Below are positions 1 through 12,600 of a DNA stretch of 64,000 nucleotides, piece by piece. Position numbers and translations under genes: made by a program. Under the pieces are notes generated by a model. The model saw nothing but the letters and a program-made list of their open reading frames with translations, did not search any database and was not told where the DNA came from. The stretch comes from Lingula anatina (Eukaryota > Animalia > Brachiopoda). Where the stretch lies: the NCBI GenBank assembly GCA_051362555.1, contig CM120646.1, positions 7,812,001-7,876,000 of the forward strand, given 5' to 3'. How positions within the stretch are numbered: the stretch's first letter is position 1; every line of letters starts with the position of its first letter.

Positions 1-13
1 GTTACTTCTAACC
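1..13 (-). CDS. Start of a V-set Ig exon (gene 6), continuing off the left edge
   Basis: Minus strand ttttag|GG TTA GAA GTA AC (G-L-E-V-T) matches the acceptor and start of V exon 15111-15485. The flanking intron 15-590 is homologous to 15490-16020. Confidence 0.8.
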
Positions 14-596
14 CTAAAACAGGATACATCTTTCATTTAAATGACAAATGTAGCTTCTCCACTTATATTATCAAAAAAGAATAGAGATATTTATGTTACC
101 GTGGGAAGCATTCAAGCCTGGGACGATTGGTTTGAATCTTTAAATGCTAGTTATCTGCATTTGTTTTCTTGTTTGAACGGAGACGGATATTGAACCGTTG
201 TTATTATGCCGGTGTGGTTTAGGAACTTTATCAAGGTTTCACCAGTAAAATGAGGTCATGACTGTTTATCTGAATTTCTGCAATGACATCCATCTTAATT
301 CAATCGACTGCTTAGCATTTATACCAGGAAGTAATGATGAAATCCGTCCCTGCCAAAATGAAGCTTTTTTATTTACTTTATATCCCTTGCAGGGTAATAA
401 TGAAAAGAGTTATTATGTTCTCTTTTTTTTTTTTTTTTTTTTTTTGATGAGGAAAATATCATTCTGTTGATAAATCGAGTCGGGGGGTTGAGGAGGACGC
501 ATACCCCGGTATCTATGACCAAGAAGAAGCTGAAATAATTTTAAGATGGCTCACATACTTTGAAGCAGCGTACATTGCAACACTTTTACTTCCTAC

Positions 597-651
597 CTTT
601 AGTTGTATATGGAGCTACACAGATCAGCACATAAAGACACCACGTCTTCAT
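597..651 (-). CDS. Signal-peptide exon of gene 6 (MKTWCLYVLICVAPYTTK-G)
   Basis: ATG at 651, hydrophobic core, phase-1 donor G|gtagga, 55 bp like the other leader copies. Confidence 0.85.
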
Positions 652-1059
652 CGTCTTCCTCTGTGTTGTCTCTCGTCGAATGTACCTTAATAAGCCGCAG
701 TCACTTTTGTAATGAGAGGTAAAAATAACATCCTCCGCAGCACAACTAACACAATTAACCGTCGGTACAAAGCGTGTTGCTGTATAAAGTGCAGCATCAT
801 TGTATTTTTTATTTATAAAGTGTAAATCATTGCTGTGCAATTTTCAAAAATAAGTTAAGGAAGTGCAAATATTGAAACATTCATTTATAATACAGAGAAA
901 AAAACAGAATATTCTCAATTTTTAATAAATGTGCTTTCAGAAACTAAACCCAGAACAGGATGCTAAGCGTATTAAACTTATCTGTATTTACAGTACATTT
1001 TAGCACAACTGCATCTTAAGTCACAAAGAAGCATCAATAATTTTATTCTCCTCTTTTCA

Positions 1060-1375
1060 CTAAAAAACTAATGGTAGAAGTAACAGAACTCGAGACTAAA
1101 CATTTCAGCACTCCAGGTTGCACAACAGTCGCTAAAGGACGCCCAAAAAAACGGTCATCGGTCTAACAGGAGGCAGAAAGTTCGTAAATGGTCGCCACTA
1201 ATCGCCGATATAGGTACAGAAAACGCAACGTGGTTGCTCAACGGACGCTCAAACATGGCAAAGGACTCCATAGGTTGCACAGTGGATGCACAGGGGAGGC
1301 AGGCAAGTCGTTCAGTAGACGCACAGGCCGCCAATTTTTACAGGAAATCTAGATTTGGTCGTTGAAAAGACACAT
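1060..1375. repeat. Conserved block upstream of three leader exons (copies at about 10050-10500 and 16335-16790)
   Basis: Shared sequence cagcact...cagtcgcc(a)aaggacgcccaaa...ggtcgttgaaaa(g)acaca seen in all three places, each a few hundred bp 5' of a leader ATG. Confidence 0.75.
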
Positions 1376-1939
1376 CGCAGCAGAAAAAATAATAACATCA
1401 CTGGTGGATCTACATTATCAAGTAGGTGGGACATACATTTTCAGTAACCAGTGCCACACCTTTCTATCGAAGCCTATAAAGTAGCATATATACTCCCCTA
1501 GGAAAAAGTATCACTCATACCGCAATTATGAATAGTACTACAAGGGTACCCATATATTTAATTTAAATATTGCATAACAACTAGTCATCCTATCATCATG
1601 TAAAATAGGGGTGTGAGTGATGGGACATTGGCCTATTTAGCGTGAACACTGAAACCCAACACCGATTATCATTTTTTTTAATGTGGCTCGTAATTCAGAG
1701 GGATACATTTCTACCAAGCGGCTGACACAGGAGCTAGTTTTGACCCGCCGAAGTGCCAGGAGGTTGGGGTTTTCCATAAGTGTTGGGTGTTGGGTTGGGG
1801 AAGAGCCGATAAGCAGTATCTACCCAATTTTTCTGCCTCTGTCCCACAGTACGCGCCTCTCCCATACTGTAAGCAATGGCATGGGAATTCTGTCGAAAAT
1901 ATCTTTGGTAACGACATGTTAATTCCAGTGTTCACTTCC

Positions 1940-3560
1940 ATAATGTGATGACATCATGTGATGTGATATAATGTAATGTAATAAATTTGGTTTATATTAA
2001 ACAAATGGAAGTTCACTCATTGAGGTTGTGTTTTGTGCTGTAGACTATCATATCACTAAATAGTTCATAGATAGACCGCAAAGTTTACACATGTAAGTAA
2101 ATAATGTCATGTTATTTAATCGCCTTATAATTCAACTTTTATTGGGTGCTAACTACTCCTACAATGCAGGGATTTTTTGTGATCATTCTCCTTTTACAAG
2201 GGTTAGCATCATGGTTATTAAGAGGGTTATATATAGATTTTTCTTGTTTCATTGATGTATAATTTGTCATCATCTTGATTAATAGGACGTATACGGTGAC
2301 TTGTTCTTCAACCTTTGAAAATCTGTGCTACTTGGTGGATATATGGAGGAAATTATCCTGTTGTTTATGCAGAAGTTAACTTTAAAAAATATTCAAGACC
2401 ATTCAATAATTTTAATTGTACAGAAAGCCGCGTTTATTTCATACCTTCAGTTGAATATAGAGTTACAAAGAGAATCACGCAAATACATGACGTCTTTCCC
2501 CGTGGTGTTGCTTTTAGCCGTAGATACTTCCGCAAGTGCTTACTGGGTGTTTTTTTATTGAAAGCAAAAAATATTATCCCCGTTGCTACCCTTATGACAA
2601 CAGATTACACCTAACACAATTAACCTGCGGTATACAGAACGTTTTGCTGGAAAATTACAACATAGGTTAATTTCTGTACTGAGGGGCTGATCATTGCTGC
2701 TATACTTTCCGAAATATGTCAAAAAAGGGCAACTATTATTGAAACACAATAAATAGAGAAAACATAGTATTCACGATTTCATTTCCACAGAAAGCTGAGG
2801 GTATAGACTAGATTTAATTAATACTCGTGACTAGAAAGTGATAGACAAAACCAATTAAGTGTACACGGTGACCCATCGACTGGCCGATTGTGTCAATATC
2901 TGGCTGTCATTACACGTTGTCTTTAGCAACTTCCATACGGTACAGAGTCTGTATCAAATTAAGGTACACAATTTTCTCATGTAAGTGGTAGTTCCAAAAA
3001 AACGATATCGTTCATGGTTGTACTGGGTTTCATTGTTACAAAAAGTAACTGTCATGTGATTGCATATGGTGAAAGTAAATGTTTTATAAGCGGTTTTATT
3101 TAACAATATATCGTACACGAAAAGCTGCAACACAAAGTCTTGAGTAGAACATCAAGGGGCTTCCATTTGTAAAATAACTGTTAAATCCCTTTGTACAAAT
3201 TCTAAATTTCACTCAAATAAAGCATTTAAATGAATAAACAAGAAAACAAGCAAACAAAGGTGAATATCAATTTAACTTTCCAGCACTTTATAGTGCAGAT
3301 CTAAGTTAACATCAAACTGTTTTCCAAATTAAAAAACAGAATGTCCTTTACCATGTATCTTTTCTTACTCAAAAACATTTTTTCAAATAGTACATAAAGA
3401 TTAAAAAATTAGTTAAAATTAAACTATAGGCTGCAAAACATTTGTGAAAATAAACCAACCTAGCTGTAAGTAAAAAAATGATGACGCTTTAATCCTTCAC
3501 ATACAACATGCTTATACCTTACTGCAACATTCATCAACCTTTGATAAAGGTAGCTATGAA
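1940..3560. repeat. Segmental duplication homologous to about 20455-22680 (5' flank plus leader of a lost gene copy)
   Basis: Long collinear similarity, e.g. caaagtcttgagtagaacatcaaggggcttc at about 3133 and about 22259. The 21-22 kb copy carries extra insertions. Confidence 0.8.
2445..2499 (-). pseudogene. Degenerate leader exon (xKTSCICVILFVTLYSTE-G) with ATG lost and no downstream V exon
   Basis: Aligns with the intact leaders. The donor G|gtatga is kept but the start codon reads GGA. Confidence 0.65.
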
Positions 3561-4602
3561 TTTTATACAACCTGAAAAGAGAGGTGAGGCAACAAGCTGG
3601 CAATTCTAAAAGCTTGTAATTGGCTAATCACTTTTGAAATCAATTCTTTTTATAAACAAAGCAATACCATTTGTGAACGTTTGTAAGAAAATACAGCTAA
3701 TCTAAGGCGGTTCTTTACAGTGATATCTTAACAACACATAGTCACAGTGATAAAAGGTAACCTTGACTTGTAGGTCTTTTATCAAAATGTGAAAATGCAA
3801 GGTAATGGAGTGTGCACCCCCACACCCGCTAACACAAACACGCGCACGTGCGCACACACGTACATGTACAGACACATTTCTAGTATATACACTGTAACAC
3901 ATTTCACTTCTTATTGATGAATTCGTATGAAAATATTAGGTATTTTTAGTTGTTGGGCATATTATAAAGCACAATAAAATGGTATCTAAAAAAATTTTTA
4001 AAAATTTATATATTGAAAACAGATATCTTAAAAATCAAGAAAAAAGATATGCTAAAATAATTTCCGATTCCATACTCTAACGGTGATTCTTAAAAAATTC
4101 CTAAAGAGCATAAAACGTCAATGTAATAAAAACCAATCGATTATAAAAGGTAATTGAGAAAGATTCTAAATAACAATTGACACAATATTCCCCTTATGGT
4201 TGCAGTCAAGTAAGTAAGCATTTAATTATGCAAACTGACAGACATGGAAATGTGAGTTAAACAATACCAATACTTTCAGTTTTTGATTAACGAAAGTACA
4301 TGCTGTAATTTTAAAATATAAAGTACAAATATTCACATTTTACTGCGTTATATAAAATACCCTTGTAATTAAAGCTTCGTGTTTTAAGTTTCATACTTCA
4401 AAGATCGGATAAGTTCGACAGAATGTTATATATGTATATTATTAAAGTAATTCAACAGCGTAGATTGTGAATCTTTATATTTACATCTATGTACATCTAT
4501 ATTTAGAAGTTATTATTTGCAAATGATCTGCAAAAACTGTCATATTCTACGCAATTGGATGTTTGCCTATTATTACGGTGTTACAATTTTGCTAATGGCA
4601 TA

Positions 4603-5076
4603 TCAATATATGATACACTCATCATGAGCACTGAGTTGGCTAAACTGGACCTGGGTATCATCATTAAGTGTTATGTAATTATAGGCAACAGAACCATCAG
4701 CTGCAGTCACCGGCAAGATGTTCCCTGCAAGTTCAGTATATGGTTCAGCTAAACGTTTATCCCGATTATCGTGCCGAATATTATTGTACCCAGTCGTCGG
4801 CACAGTATAATCATAAACCACATAACCACCACTAAAGTCAGGGGATGTGTCTACTGCGAGTGGTCTAGGAATTCGGTCGAAAACAGTTCTGCCGTTGTTT
4901 CCGTTTGCTGTCGCATTTTTTGTAATATGATGATGTTCAGATGCTTGTGATTTAAGTTTCCTGGACAACGACCGATTGCGGAATACAAGGTATCCATTCA
5001 TGCATAAAAGACACGTTGCTAGCAAGGTCACAATGATCGAAAATGTCCTCCAAGCAGTAATACAACACCTATGCAT
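4603..5076 (-). CDS. Orphan transmembrane plus cytoplasmic-tail exon (gene 5), open for 157 aa, with several Tyr motifs
   Basis: Paralogous to 11799-12196 and 60853-61235 (RTxSII...CxxC...YLVFRxRSLSRxLKSQ). The homologous acceptor tattacag reads tattactg here. Tail contains YNNI-x12-YTEL and YITL. Confidence 0.6.
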   Translation of the reverse strand: MHRCCITAWRTFSIIVTLLATCLLCMNGYLVFRNRSLSRKLKSQASEHHHITKNATANGNNGRTVFDRIPRPLAVDTSPDFSGGYVVYDYTVPTTGYNNIRHDNRDKRLAEPYTELAGNILPVTAADGSVAYNYITLNDDTQVQFSQLSAHDECIIY

Positions 5077-5619
5077 GTATTCATTCCCGTTTTACATACT
5101 TTCAATTTTGTTAACTAATGTATAGTGTATACATCGATAGCAACAAATTGAATACAAATTTTCAACCAAAATGATAAAAAACAGTATTTTTATCATCAGA
5201 CAAATGAGGTGCAATAAAAAAGAAAAAACAGATTAACCGGCACAGTTTGAGCCACGTAATAGAAAGGATAGACGGGAGGAAATAAATTATCTGTATTCTG
5301 AATATCCCTTTCATCAGTCTATTAAACAGTGTACAGGTGTTGTACTTGAACACAATGCTGATGTTTAATAAAGAAAATTCAGCATAAAATATGGACAATG
5401 TTATCATACAACTTAACAAGTTTGCCTATTCTGTCTGATCTGACAAGTAATTACGGAATCAGTTGCACTTGTACATGTTGTGAAAAATATACCTTTCCTG
5501 GCTTGCGGGATATATTCACCACTCAGTGTTTAATTAGAGCAATGCCGTCAATCCTTTTTGTTATGTTAGTCATCTCAACCTACAGTTATAGAACATTTAT
5601 CTCACAGCAAAACACCCCG

Positions 5620-5655
<36 letters not shown>

Positions 5656-5750
5656 GCTTTTGACACATTTGTGGTACTTTAATGTTTTTTATGAAAAATT
5701 GAATTTAAGGACTACCGACCTGAGTAGATACGAACAGTAATTGAGGAGTT

Positions 5751-7839
5751 GTAGAGCCGCATTTTGCAACTGACCGCATTTTGCAACTGCAACGCATTTT
5801 GCAACCAAAGAAAACCGTGAAAACGCATTTTGCAACTGCAACGCATTTTGCAACCAGGATTTTTTTCTAAGTCCCTGAAACAGCTTGAAATACGAGACAG
5901 GTAGAATTGGAGTGGGGACGGGTTTGCTTCGACTATGTATGCTGAAACTGGCCAGGCTGCCCCTGGGGTGGACGATAATATAAAACTTATTTCACGTTGT
6001 AATTTCCTAATCCATTAGAGTTAGGAAGTCTTTAGAAACGTTAATAAACATTTTGTTAGGCATGTGCATGGGATTTCGGATTTTTTTTAATTGGGGGTGT
6101 GGCCGTCCCTAGGGGTGGTTGATTGTACTTTTTACTTCGTATTTTTCTCCTATCTACCCTTATATCTTCAGAATTAGGAAATAAAAACGTTGGGGATTAA
6201 TAAACTATCGTAAGAAATATGCAGGGGCACTTCGGAAATTTATTGTGACATGGGTGTGGTTGTCCCTGGGGGTGGTTGATTCTAATTTTGCAACGTATCT
6301 TCTGCTATCTACCCATTGTATCGGCCATTTGATTTAAAACATGAAACGTAGCTACAGTATCATTTGGGATGTTGAAGGGCATTTAATTTTTTTGACTTAG
6401 GTTGTGGTCCTGGGGGTGGTTGAATACAATTAGACGTTGTAATTTCTGCTATCTACCTTTAGACCATATAAGTTAGGAACGGAAGGCTATGGGGATTGAA
6501 AACATGTCTTTAGGGATATGTATGGATCCTTCTGCGTTTTTGATGGGTGTGGCCGTCCCTGGGGGTGGCTGATTCTATTTTTTGCACCATTATTTCTACT
6601 ATCTACTCTTAGAGTTAGGAACTTGAAATGTTGGGGATTGATAAACCAGTCACTTTTTATGAATGTGCATGGGTCTTTGAGGAATGTAGAGAACAGCAGC
6701 AGCGCACATAGCACTAAACGGACTTACAGTCGTAGGCATGAATATAGGTCAAGGAATCCAGTTAAAGCTGCTCCTTTTGATCCATGCCAACCATAAGGCC
6801 CTACACACTCAGAAATCATGGCGTTCAACTAGCCGTTGTGTCTTAATACAAAACAAACATGTTAATGAATCATGAATAGTAATTAGCATGTGTGTTGCTA
6901 TACAGAGGCTATGCCTGAAAGTATGGGGTCTTGCATGGGTTTTTAATTAACTTGACCTACATTCAAGCATACCGCTAAAGGTCTGTTATTAAGTGCTGTC
7001 TGCTGCTTTCTTTGCATTTCCCTTCCTTCTTAACTCGAAGACCGCTTTCAGATTCACACATCCTACTAGCTGGGTCGGTCCAACTCTGCAGGGGATCTCA
7101 CTTAAGTGCAATCAGTGGAATCAGCTTAATTGTCTGACATGCCACCAATCACCCCATCCCCTGAGGGACAGTCACACCCAAAGTCACACTAAAATTCCCC
7201 TGTACCCATGCACCAAAGACTCATGTTCCTAACTCGAATGGTCGAGAAAGAGATGAAAGAAATTACGGTGAAAATATTACAGTCAAGTAACCATCCCCAG
7301 GGACGGCCACTCCCCAAGTCACCAAAAATTCCGTTGTGCCCAAGCACATCTCAACCACCCCAGAGAAAAACACACCCCAACTCCCCAAAAATCTGAAGTG
7401 CCCACGCACATTTCTTACGATGGTGTATTAATCCCCAACACTTTTATTTCCTAATTCTAAAGATATAAGGGTAGATAACAGAAAATACAATGTAAAATTA
7501 CAATCAACCACCCCTAGGGACGGCCACACCCCTATGTACATGCCTAACAATATCTTTATTATTCCCTGACGTTTCAACTTCCTAACCCTAATGGTATAAG
7601 AAATTACAATGTGAAATAGATTATATATTTTCCCCGCCCTAGAGGCAACCTGACCAGTTTCAGCGTACCTCGTCGAAGCAAACCCGTCCCACTCCATTTC
7701 TACCTGTTTCGTACCTCAAACTGTTTTAGGAACTGGTTGCAAAATGCGTTGCAGTTGCAAAATGCGTTTTCACGATTTTCTTTGGTTGCAAAATGCGTTG
7801 CAGTTGCAAAATGCGTTCAGTTGCAAAATGCGGCTCTAC
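5751..7839. mobile_element. Foldback-type non-autonomous DNA element with long (several hundred bp) imperfect terminal inverted repeats
   Basis: Ends gtagagccgcattttgcaact... / ...agttgcaaaatgcggctctac. Subterminal cgcattttgcaac arrays and mirrored internal ccctgggggtgg / ccacccc repeats. No ORF. Confidence 0.85.
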
Positions 7840-7842
7840 TTA

Positions 7843-7918
7843 GTAGGACCGCATTTTGCAACTGAACGCATTTTGCAACCGGTTGCAAAATGCGGTCGGT
7901 TGCAAAATGCGGGTCTAC
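7843..7918. mobile_element. Miniature palindromic derivative of the adjacent foldback element
   Basis: gtaggaccgcattttgcaac...gttgcaaaatgcgggtctac, composed only of the terminal motifs. Confidence 0.7.
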
Positions 7919-7930
7919 AGTGTTGCAGTT

Positions 7931-8006
7931 CCTTTGAAATACATATTCGTGTAATGTAGCATTCTGCGCGACCTCTCCGGGATCCACTGTGTAGCTGAAC
8001 ATAAGG
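7931..8006 (-). pseudogene. V-exon fragment (FSYTVDPGEVAQ) with the B-strand Cys mutated
   Basis: Matches CSYTVDPGETAQ of intact V exons. Truncated on both sides and abuts the foldback element. A decayed leader-like sequence lies at about 8066-8118. Confidence 0.7.
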
Positions 8007-8623
8007 CCGACAAATCTTCAAACCATTAAATTATTTTAAAGGACAGAAAGGCACATTTAGTTCCCACCATCAGATGAATATGGAGTTACAAAAAGCAACA
8101 CATAAATACACCACGTCCGCCTGCATCTTCCTGCGTGTTGCCCCTAGCCGCGGGTACTTTTTTTTTTTTTGGGGAGTTAAATATAACATCTCCGTTGCTG
8201 CCTGATAATCAACAAAGTAGATCCTAATACAATTTACCTGTGGTATACAGAACGTTATGCTAGAAAAATTACCACATCGGTTAATTTCTGTACTTAGGGG
8301 CTGATCAATATTATTCTGTTTTCTGAAATATGATTAAGAAAAGGCAAATAATATTAAAACACAATTAATAAACAGAAAAAAAGCATAGTATTCACAATTT
8401 CATGAGGCGGGTTTTCAGGAAGTCAATCCAACCCTGGCTGTGGAGTACACGTTTAATATAGATAATTATTCTTTCTATTACAACGGGGATGAAATGTCAT
8501 TTTCAGTTTCTTAATTTTCTCTGTTACCTGGGCTCATATCAGCTAAACTCTAACGGTTAATAGGGGCTGTGCAAGAGTTCTACAAAGAGGTGCGACTGAT
8601 TTTATTTCAGACACCCCTTGTAG

Positions 8624-8722
8624 GTGTAACTACACACAAGGTTTAATGGTTGTGGGGTACCTCCCTCAGGGTTCATGACGTAACCATTTGGAAGGCAAGC
8701 CAGCTAATGTTACTTCTTACCC
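8624..8722 (-). pseudogene. 5' fragment of a V exon (gene 5) with a frameshift and no acceptor
   Basis: EVTLAGLPS, then a +1 base, then NGYVMNPEGGTPQPLNLVCSYT. Close to the 15111-15485 V exon. No AG at the homologous acceptor and the 3' two-thirds are missing. Confidence 0.8.
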
Positions 8723-9292
8723 CAAACAAGGGTAACAGGAAAAGGAAAGAATCGAGATATAAATGCATTCTTGGGCAGTGTGTAGCCTGTGACGATTGAC
8801 AAAAATCACGGTGTATCATTCCCAATTGTGCCTAGAGTCTTCATTTTGTTCTTAAAATGCGTTTTCTTTGCGTTTGTGTTCTTGTTTGAACAGAGGAAGG
8901 TATTGATCTGATATCACTATAGTTTAGAAACTTGATCAATGTCAGACCAGTAAAATGAGGTCATGTCTGTTTATGTTATTTTCTGCAATGACCTCTATCT
9001 TAACTCAATCGATTGCTAAGCATTTATACCAATAAGTAATTATGGGACCCCTCCCTGCCAAAATGCAGCTTTTTTTAATTCATAACTCTTACAGGGTAAT
9101 TAGAAAACGAGTCATTAAGTTCAATTTTTGTTTCGATGAAGAATGTACCATTCTGTTGATACATCAAGTCGTGGGATTCGAGGGGGACGCATCCCCCAGG
9201 TATCTATTGTCTCGGCCTAGGACAAGCTGGACTATTTTAGTATGGCTAACATACTTTGAAGCACCGTAAAGAGCATCACGTTTACTTCCTAC

Positions 9293-9347
9293 CTTTAGTT
9301 GAATATAGAGCTACACAGAGCAGCACATAAAGACACCACTCCTTCAT
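9293..9347 (-). pseudogene. Intact-looking leader exon (MKEWCLYVLLCVALYSTK-G) of decayed gene 5
   Basis: ATG, 55 bp, donor G|gtagga, but its downstream V exon is broken. Confidence 0.7.
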
Positions 9348-11798
9348 GATCCCCATTTGAGTTACCTTTCGTTGTCCATACATCAATAAGCTGCAGTCAC
9401 TTTTCTATTGAGAGTTAAAAATAACGTCCCCACTGCTACCCTACACGCAAAATGGCACCACAGTGCAACTAACACAATTAACTGTCGGTACAGAAAGTGA
9501 TGCTGTTTAAAAAACACAGAGATTCGGGCTTATAAAAACTTTATTTTCACATATCTAGTTCCTAAAGGTCCATGAGTACTTAAAATGAAAACCAATACAT
9601 ATATATATATATATATATCACAATCTTGATATCCGGATCTTTCCAAGATATATTCCAAGAGAAGGTTCAGTAATAGAAACTAACAATTACATCTGTGTTG
9701 TAATTGTCCCCAACCCACAGTAGGGAGTATTCCGTAGTCTCTAGATCCATCATACAGTGTTCTCAATTACAGCATCATGGGATTTCTTAGTTGTGAAGGG
9801 TTGATCATTGATGTGCTATTTTACGAAATATGTTAAGAAAGTGCAAATATTATTAACACGTAGCAAAAAAATACACAGAATATTCACAATTTCTTTGCAT
9901 GGTGCATTCATAAAACTAAGTCCAACACTGTATGCTAAGCGTAATAAACTTTTGTGTATTTACAGTGCGTTTTAGCACAACTGCATTTAATGTCAATTCT
10001 GTTAAAATGCAACCTTTGTAAAACACTTATTTTTATATTTTTCGCAAGATACTAAAAACTAATGATAAAAGTGGCAGAGCTCGTGACTGAAAATTTCAGC
10101 ACTTCCGGTCGCACAGCAGTCGCCAAAGGACGCCCAAACAACGGTCATCGGTCTAGCATAATATCGTAGAAAGATCGTAGAATGGTCGCCACTGATCGCT
10201 GACGAAGGTACAGAAATCACAACCTGGTTGCTCAATGGATGCTCAAACATCGCAATGGACGTTGTAGGCTGCACAGTGGACTCACATGGGAGGCATGAAA
10301 GTCATTCAGGTCGCTGACAATTGGACATGAAATCCAGCCTTGGTCGTTGAAAACACACATAAGGGTAACAGACACATTTACACGGACACGGTTTCTTGCA
10401 TTGGCGACCACTGAGCGTCCTGCAGGCTACATCTTTGGTCGTAGATAGTCGTAGATAGTCGCAGAAAGCATGCATTCAGTGATGGGGGCTTTAGTGATAC
10501 ACTGTGTTTTGTCGTGCTATTTCTACACTGTAAAGCATATATCGATTTTATCAAGGGACATTTTTTATGTCATTTTGAATCTGGAGTTCATTGTCGCACA
10601 TAGTGACATGTCAAATGATTGCATGGATGTGGATGTTTTCAGAAGGGTTTTATTTAACAACAAATACGCACATAAAAACTTGTGACGCACAAATTGTAAT
10701 GAAGAAAACCAAGAAGTTTTCAGTGTTGTGTACATTATATTATTAACTTTATTATTTACGGATTTTTAATCATATAGAACAATAAAGGGGATTTATAAAA
10801 ATCGGTTTGAATATAATTTATTCAAATGTTAAAATTAAATCACAGAACACCTTTATAATACATCATGTATGTCTATACCTAAAATAAAATTACCCTTGTT
10901 ACATCCAGATAAAAACATCTGTTAATATATAAACGAACTGTTTCTTGGCATCCATGAAAACAAACCAATCTAGCTTTTAGGTGAAAAATGCTTATGTATT
11001 AATTTATCACATACACCGTTCGACATGTGTATTCCTCACTGCAATACTTACTTACAACTGATTAAGCTAGCGACAATTCCTATAAAACCCAAAAGTTTAG
11101 GCAACAGGTTGAAGACGCTCAAAGCAATAAGTGATGATTTATATATCTAGGAATCAATTCTTCATTTAAGCAAAGTAATAAGCAACATAATTGTCACAGT
11201 GAAAGCAAATTCCTTGAATCGTCCTACGTAATGTGAAAATGCAACACAGTCTTGGAATGTAACAAAACTATTACAGCCAATACCAACAAGTTTTCAACAA
11301 TTAATTGATTTTATTAATGCCTAAAATCACAGCTGTGCTCCTCTACATGTAACAGTTTAGTCGTAGCTTGGGACACCAAACTAGCATGTTATCATAATTC
11401 AATACCATACAGTGTGAAAATACTTAAAATCGGAATCATTTACCATAAATTGTTTTACCTGCGTCATATACTTGTATGCAAGAAGCATGACACTTTGATG
11501 ATTGTATGACATATGCATGTAAATTTACATCTTCAAGTCATTTTGTCATACACTGAACATTGTGGATCTTTTTAATTACGAACCAAGTACATGTTAAGAG
11601 GTTCCTGACTATAGCAAAACATCTTCAACTATTGTACAGCCACAAAATGTGGAGTTCAAGAGCGTTAAATCTGCAATTTTCATGATAATTTCCTATTATT
11701 TAAGGGTTTAATATTTTTACCCTTAGGCATATTATACAATACAATAACTCATCTGGGCCAGCTTTGAATTGACTAGTCTTGAGGTCACCCCTTGAAAG

Positions 11799-12196
11799 TT
11801 AAATGTAATTATAGTCACCAATACCATTTGTGGCGGTAGACGGCAATAGGTTATCTCCAAGTTCCATATATTGCCCATCTGAACGGTTATCCCGCCGAAG
11901 TTCTTCGTAACTATTCGCCAATGCAGTATCGTCATAGTCAACATGAACCCCATCAAAACCAGAGGAATGATCTGTCGCGCGATTCATAGATACTTGGACA
12001 TTGAATGGACTGTCAACGTTGTTTGAGTGTTCTGTTACAGTGTTTGTAATAACACTGCCATGTTGCTGTTCAGAAGCTTGTGATTTGAGTCTCCTGGACA
12101 ATGACCGAATGCGGAATACAAGGTATGCAATTATGCAAATAAGGCACATTGCTAACAACGATATCACAATGATTGATACTGTTCTCCCATCAATGC
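11799..12196 (-). CDS. Gene 4 terminal exon: transmembrane helix plus cytoplasmic tail with ITAM-like YEEL-x9-YMEL
   Basis: Acceptor ttgtattacag|GC (phase 1), then GIDGRTVSIIVISLLAMCLICIIAYLVFRIRSLSRRLK, a basic stop-transfer segment and TAA at 11799-11801. Confidence 0.85.
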
Positions 12197-12244
12197 CTGT
12201 AATACAAAATATTTAATTTAAATGGGTTGCCAAGTATAATCCTT

Positions 12245-12600
12245 TCTGACTTTTGTTAACTGAAACATAATATACCCATTGGTACGACCACACTAAAATA
12301 TTCACCCGGAATGTCTAATGATCTACAACGTTCACATTTAATTTATAAGGATGATACAGAAGCATAGTTAGTCGGATGAGAGTGTCCCAGTACCAAGAAA
12401 AGAGGGTGATGAATACAGATTATCGAGTAGAAGTTATCTGACTTTTGTCAACTGAAACATAATATACACATTGGTAGCACCACTGTAAAATATCAAGCCG
12501 GAATGTCTTATGATGTGCCACGTTCACGTTTATGATACCGAAGCATGGTTAACCGTATGAGAGTGTCCCAGTACAAAGAAGATTATCAAGTAGAAGTTCA
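12245..12600. repeat. Local tandem duplication of about 190 bp in a gene 4 intron
   Basis: tctgacttttgt(t/c)aactgaaacataatatac...gagagtgtcccagtac occurs twice. Confidence 0.7.
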
